This document shows, one piece after another, positions 60,151 through 64,000 of a DNA stretch of 64,000 nucleotides (its first letter is position 1; the number at the start of each line of letters is the position of its first letter). The position numbers were made by a program, and so were the translations under genes. The stretch is from Azolla caroliniana (Eukaryota; Plantae; Polypodiophyta), in assembly GCA_043228905.1 (NCBI GenBank), contig JBHGNT010000002.1, positions 13,640,001 to 13,704,000 of the forward strand. The letters are read 5' to 3'. The notes under the pieces are model-generated. The model did no database searches and was not told the DNA's origin. It saw only the letters and a program-made list of their open reading frames with translations.

Positions 60151-60328
60151 GCGTGAGTAACGGTGTGTGCCCTAGCCCAGTGTCTAAGGAGCTCGGTTGT
60201 AGCCGTCTCCCTTATATGTTGCCAGGTTACGGGAGGTATCCCACTAAGTGTTATGCACAAACGCTACCATTCGTTGTCACACAGTCACTTTGAGGTCTAG
60301 GTCGAACGACTGACCATAGACCGTGTTC

Positions 60329-61262
60329 CTAATCAGTAACAGCAAGCAACACCTCTCGCTCCTCCTTTCCTGCCACTATTCGTAGTGGGACACCGCCTCT
60401 CTTCTTCGAATGCTTCCATAGGTTCTCGTCCCGCAAGAAGAACTGGTACACTTTCTTCCGGACCCGGTTAGCTTTGTCTTTCGCCCACGCAGTCTCCGGC
60501 GTCATCGTCTTTAGGAATCTACCAATCCTGAGCCACTGCCCTTCGTATTCACCCTCGTGAAACTCGTTAAGCACCGGGGTGCTACCTACCCTTGCCAGGT
60601 AAGCCGACTCAAAGAAGTCCTCGCCGACTCAAAGAAGTCCTCACCGACTTCTTCGCTCTCCGAAACCATGACGTCTTCGTCGTTGAACTGCGCTCTTGAA
60701 AGCATGTAGGCCATGGCGTTGTCCTTTCCGGAGATGTGTCGTATCTCCGAACACAGGGACTTGATGTACGCGATCCATCTGAGCATTGCTAGGTCTGAAA
60801 TTGCGCATCTAGAAACCATTCCGAGGATCAGTAGGCAGTCCATCTCGATTATTACCTCCATCCCAATAAGATAATCTTTGTCGGCCTTGACTGCCGAAAT
60901 AATACCCCAAAGCTCGCACTTAACTTGGGCGTATCCTCATTGTCGCTCACTGAGTGCCTTCGCTCCGAACCGGACAAGGAACCGTGTACCACCCTCATCT
61001 TCCTGAACGATCACCCATCCTATCCCGGTCGGGCTCGTATCTACGGTTACATAGATCGGAATGTCTCTACCGTAAACCGCTTTACGGAGTGTCGGTGCCG
61101 CGGTCAGCGCTTCTTTCAATCTCCGGACTGACTCCGTATGTTCCTTGCCCCAGTCGAATTTGCGTACTTTCTTTAGCAACCCGTAGAGAGGTTCCACGAT
61201 ATGTGCGTAGTGCAGAACCCAGATGTGGTAGAACGCACACGCCCCCAGGAACCTCCGCACCT
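60329..61262 (-). pseudogene. pol: Degenerate RNase H/linker fragment of a Trp-PBS gypsy
   Basis: VRRFLGACAFYHIW, TVDTSPTGIGW and AMLRWIAYIKSL motifs. Confidence 0.88.
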
Positions 61263-64000
61263 TGTTACCGGCTGGCAAGAAGGCTTAAGGAGGTCCAAAT
61301 CAGAGTATGAAAAGGAATAGTTTATTTGGGAACTGTTGTAATTAGTAATCTTAAAATATATAGTAATATATGAGAAGATGTGGACAGAGCCGGTTGGCAC
61401 CGTTTTGTATTTCGCACTGGAGACCTATATAAAGGCCCGGTTACAATGTAATCAAGAGCGGATAATTAATAAAGCTTATTGTCTTAATCTTCCAGTGTTG
61501 ATTACCGTTCTGTATTCATTGTTATATCTTACGCGTGTTAATTACGGATTGCTAAGTAACCAATTAAGGTCTAATTAAGCGTTGTGTCGTAAATCATTCT
61601 GCTGTACCACCCTTTGGTGAAGTGTCTTAAGTGGACACCCTGTGTTAGGCTGTTGTTCGGCCCTAGGATTAACACAGTTTTTGGCGACCACGATTCCTGC
61701 ACAATTGCAATGAACAGCGGCGGGAATGGATGACTAGGCCAACAGACGACCCGATTACGGAGAGAGCACGAAGACTTGCTGAACGGAGAAGGCAGCGAGA
61801 GGCTTCCCAGCAATCAGCGAAAGAAATCCGAACGGATCGATCATTTTCCAAAGTGATCCGGAAAATGGCGGAGGAGTCGCTCCGTCTGCAACAAAACGCC
61901 TACCCGGACGAAGGAAGCAGCTTAAGCAGCCTCCAGGAAGTGGAAACCCTTCTCCAGGCCTTGGCTGGAAGAGACGGCGAATCCGAAGCATTTTCAGCGC
62001 TGGAATCGGATTCGGAAGGGGGTTACAGCGCGCACACGAACTATCGCAGCAGTAACGACACCCCAGGAGGACCGGAGGACAAGGAGTCGGATACATTACC
62101 GACACCGGAACCAGAGTTGGCAGACCAGGAACCTCTGGCACTAGACGTGGAGCAACCTCCGGAGACGGAAAAAGACCGGCAAAAACATCCAACACCGGAA
62201 GTCGAGCCAGCAACACCAAAGGAAGACCGGCAAAGACCTCTGACGCCGACGGAACATCAGGAAAGACCATTGACGCCACCAGCCCTCGAACCGACACTAG
62301 ACGACGACATGTCGTTCCAGTACTCCAAGTATAGGGATGATCTAGACGCGAAGGCTAATGTTCACACGTTTCAACAAACATGGGAGGCGAACCATGTGTC
62401 ACAATGGTTAACCGCGGTAGAAGAGGAACAATCTAAGATAACCGAATTCGGCATGACATTGGAAGGACCGGCCGCCAGATGGCACTGGACGTAGGATCGC
62501 AGCACCATCACCACCTTTGCGGACCTGAAAGACAAATTCTTGCACTTCTTCCAAAAGGAGGTGGACCAACGAGAAATGGTGGGCTTATTTTATACAATTC
62601 GGTAGGTCCCCGGGGAGAGCATCCCGCAGTTTGTCATCCGGTTTCAACGGATGCACAGTCAGCTTACCTGCACACCTCCGGAGGAAGAAACGCGGGCAAT
62701 ATTTTTAGCCGCACTCCGGGAACCTCTACGAACGGTATGCACGGTCATCGACTTTCGCACAAGCACCGTCGACTAGGTCATCGACCGGGTTAGAGAAATG
62801 GAGAAAACGAGCTCTTGGCTAACAATGGGAGCCCTCCAACGAGCGTTACCGACCGATGAGGATCTCCGGTTCCGGCAAGCAATCCAATGCACGACCTGCT
62901 TGAATTTCGGACACTCGTCACTGGAGTGCACCATGCGGACGCACTGCTTACTCTGCCAATCTACGAGCCACACAATGGACCGGTGCGAATAGAACTTATT
63001 GAATCGGCAAGCACCACCAGTCCGGCAAATCGAGCCACGTAGCAGCCGAGACGAAGAAGACGAATGTTGGCGGCAAGAGGAGAGATATCGACTGGCACAG
63101 GATGTCTGGTACGACGATCGGCGAGACAACTATGATCGGTACCAGAGATATGACAAGTACCGAGATTACAATGGACGGCACGAGCATCACAACCGGGATC
63201 ACTCCCCCGGGTATCACCAACGACGGGAAGATTACGAGAGATATGACGACCAACCCCATCAAGGGTACCGCAACAAAAAGAACTTTAATAAAAAACGGCA
63301 TTTCAAATAAGGGAGCCACCCACGTGAACCGGAAAAAGGCGCCTCAAGCAACCAACCGGACCAGAGCCCCGCGGTTACCACAGGCCCTCCATCGGGTACA
63401 GGAAACAATGTCGAATCCAGCAATACCCGGAAAGCATATTGCTATTATTGTCGGCAAGAAGGACATTATAGTAATCAATGTCCGGCAAAGAGCTATGATA
63501 AGCGACCGGCAGTAAACATGGTAGTCGTCGAAGTCGCAGACCTACAGCAGGTCACCACAAGGTCAAAGGGCAAGACGACGGAATGGGAGACACAAGAGGC
63601 CATCCGTAAAACAGGCAACGGAATGGGTGAAAAAGGTAAATGAGCGAAACGTAGCAGAACTTGCGCACCAAAAGGAGAACACCAAAGAGCTCGCCTGCGG
63701 CAGTCAGTTCGAAAACGCCACATGGCAGGCATTGCAGGAATGCCAGATCACACTGCCGTTAGGACGACTCTTGCAGCTAGTACCAAGATTCACAGAAGGT
63801 CTCAAGCCCGGCATGATGACAGGTGACACACCACCGGCTCCGGCATTCTTCTCAAATCCGGAGGAGGGACCGGCGGTGGTGGACACCAACAGTCCGGCAA
63901 TTACTGCCATTGTGAAAGGGAAAGAACTCCCCGGCACGATAATAGACGGAGGCTCCGGCGTTAATGTAATAAGCCTCCGGACGTGAGATGCTCTTGGAAT
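61263..64000 (+). mobile_element. Second, diverged Athila-like element (5' LTR 61263-61674, PBS, decayed gag-protease), running off the window
   Basis: TGTTACCGG...TAACA LTR homologous to 30753-31171. TGGCGACCAC PBS (tRNA-Arg type by recollection). MTRPTDDP gag at 61730 and IIDGGSGVNVIS protease; multiple stops. Confidence 0.9.

Noticed and set aside
64-63986. Numerous antisense and alternative-frame ORFs of 60-300 aa in the ORF track
   Set aside because: They are shadows of GC-rich gag/pol frames with no independent motifs.

Overview
No host genes are recognisable. The window is a deeply nested pile of plant-type LTR retrotransposons; a non-seed plant such as a bryophyte is my inference from the family mix. 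Four groups are present. (1) A Ty3/gypsy lineage with TGTCG...CGACA LTR ends and a tRNA-Trp-type PBS: 8802-38190 (host, +), 12366-34788 (-), 40416-44839 (+, truncated), 47690-55052 (+, near-intact), plus fragments and a solo LTR. (2) An Athila-like gypsy with a ~900-codon extra 3' ORF: 15838-31171 (-), with a second copy from 61263. (3) Ty1/copia elements, one with an uninterrupted 1441-aa polyprotein (23566-29010, -) and one decayed but fully bounded (747-5868). (4) Chromovirus remnants. TSDs resolve a four-level nest. The most unusual signals all belong to the Trp-PBS lineage. It makes 4-bp TSDs centred on CpG. It has a conserved G_GAU_UUU plus pseudoknot -1 frameshift signal placed after a D-H-G protease. 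One subgroup carries an antisense tRNA-like A-box/B-box/oligo-T cassette inside the LTR. All coordinates and difference counts were read by eye; no database searches were run.
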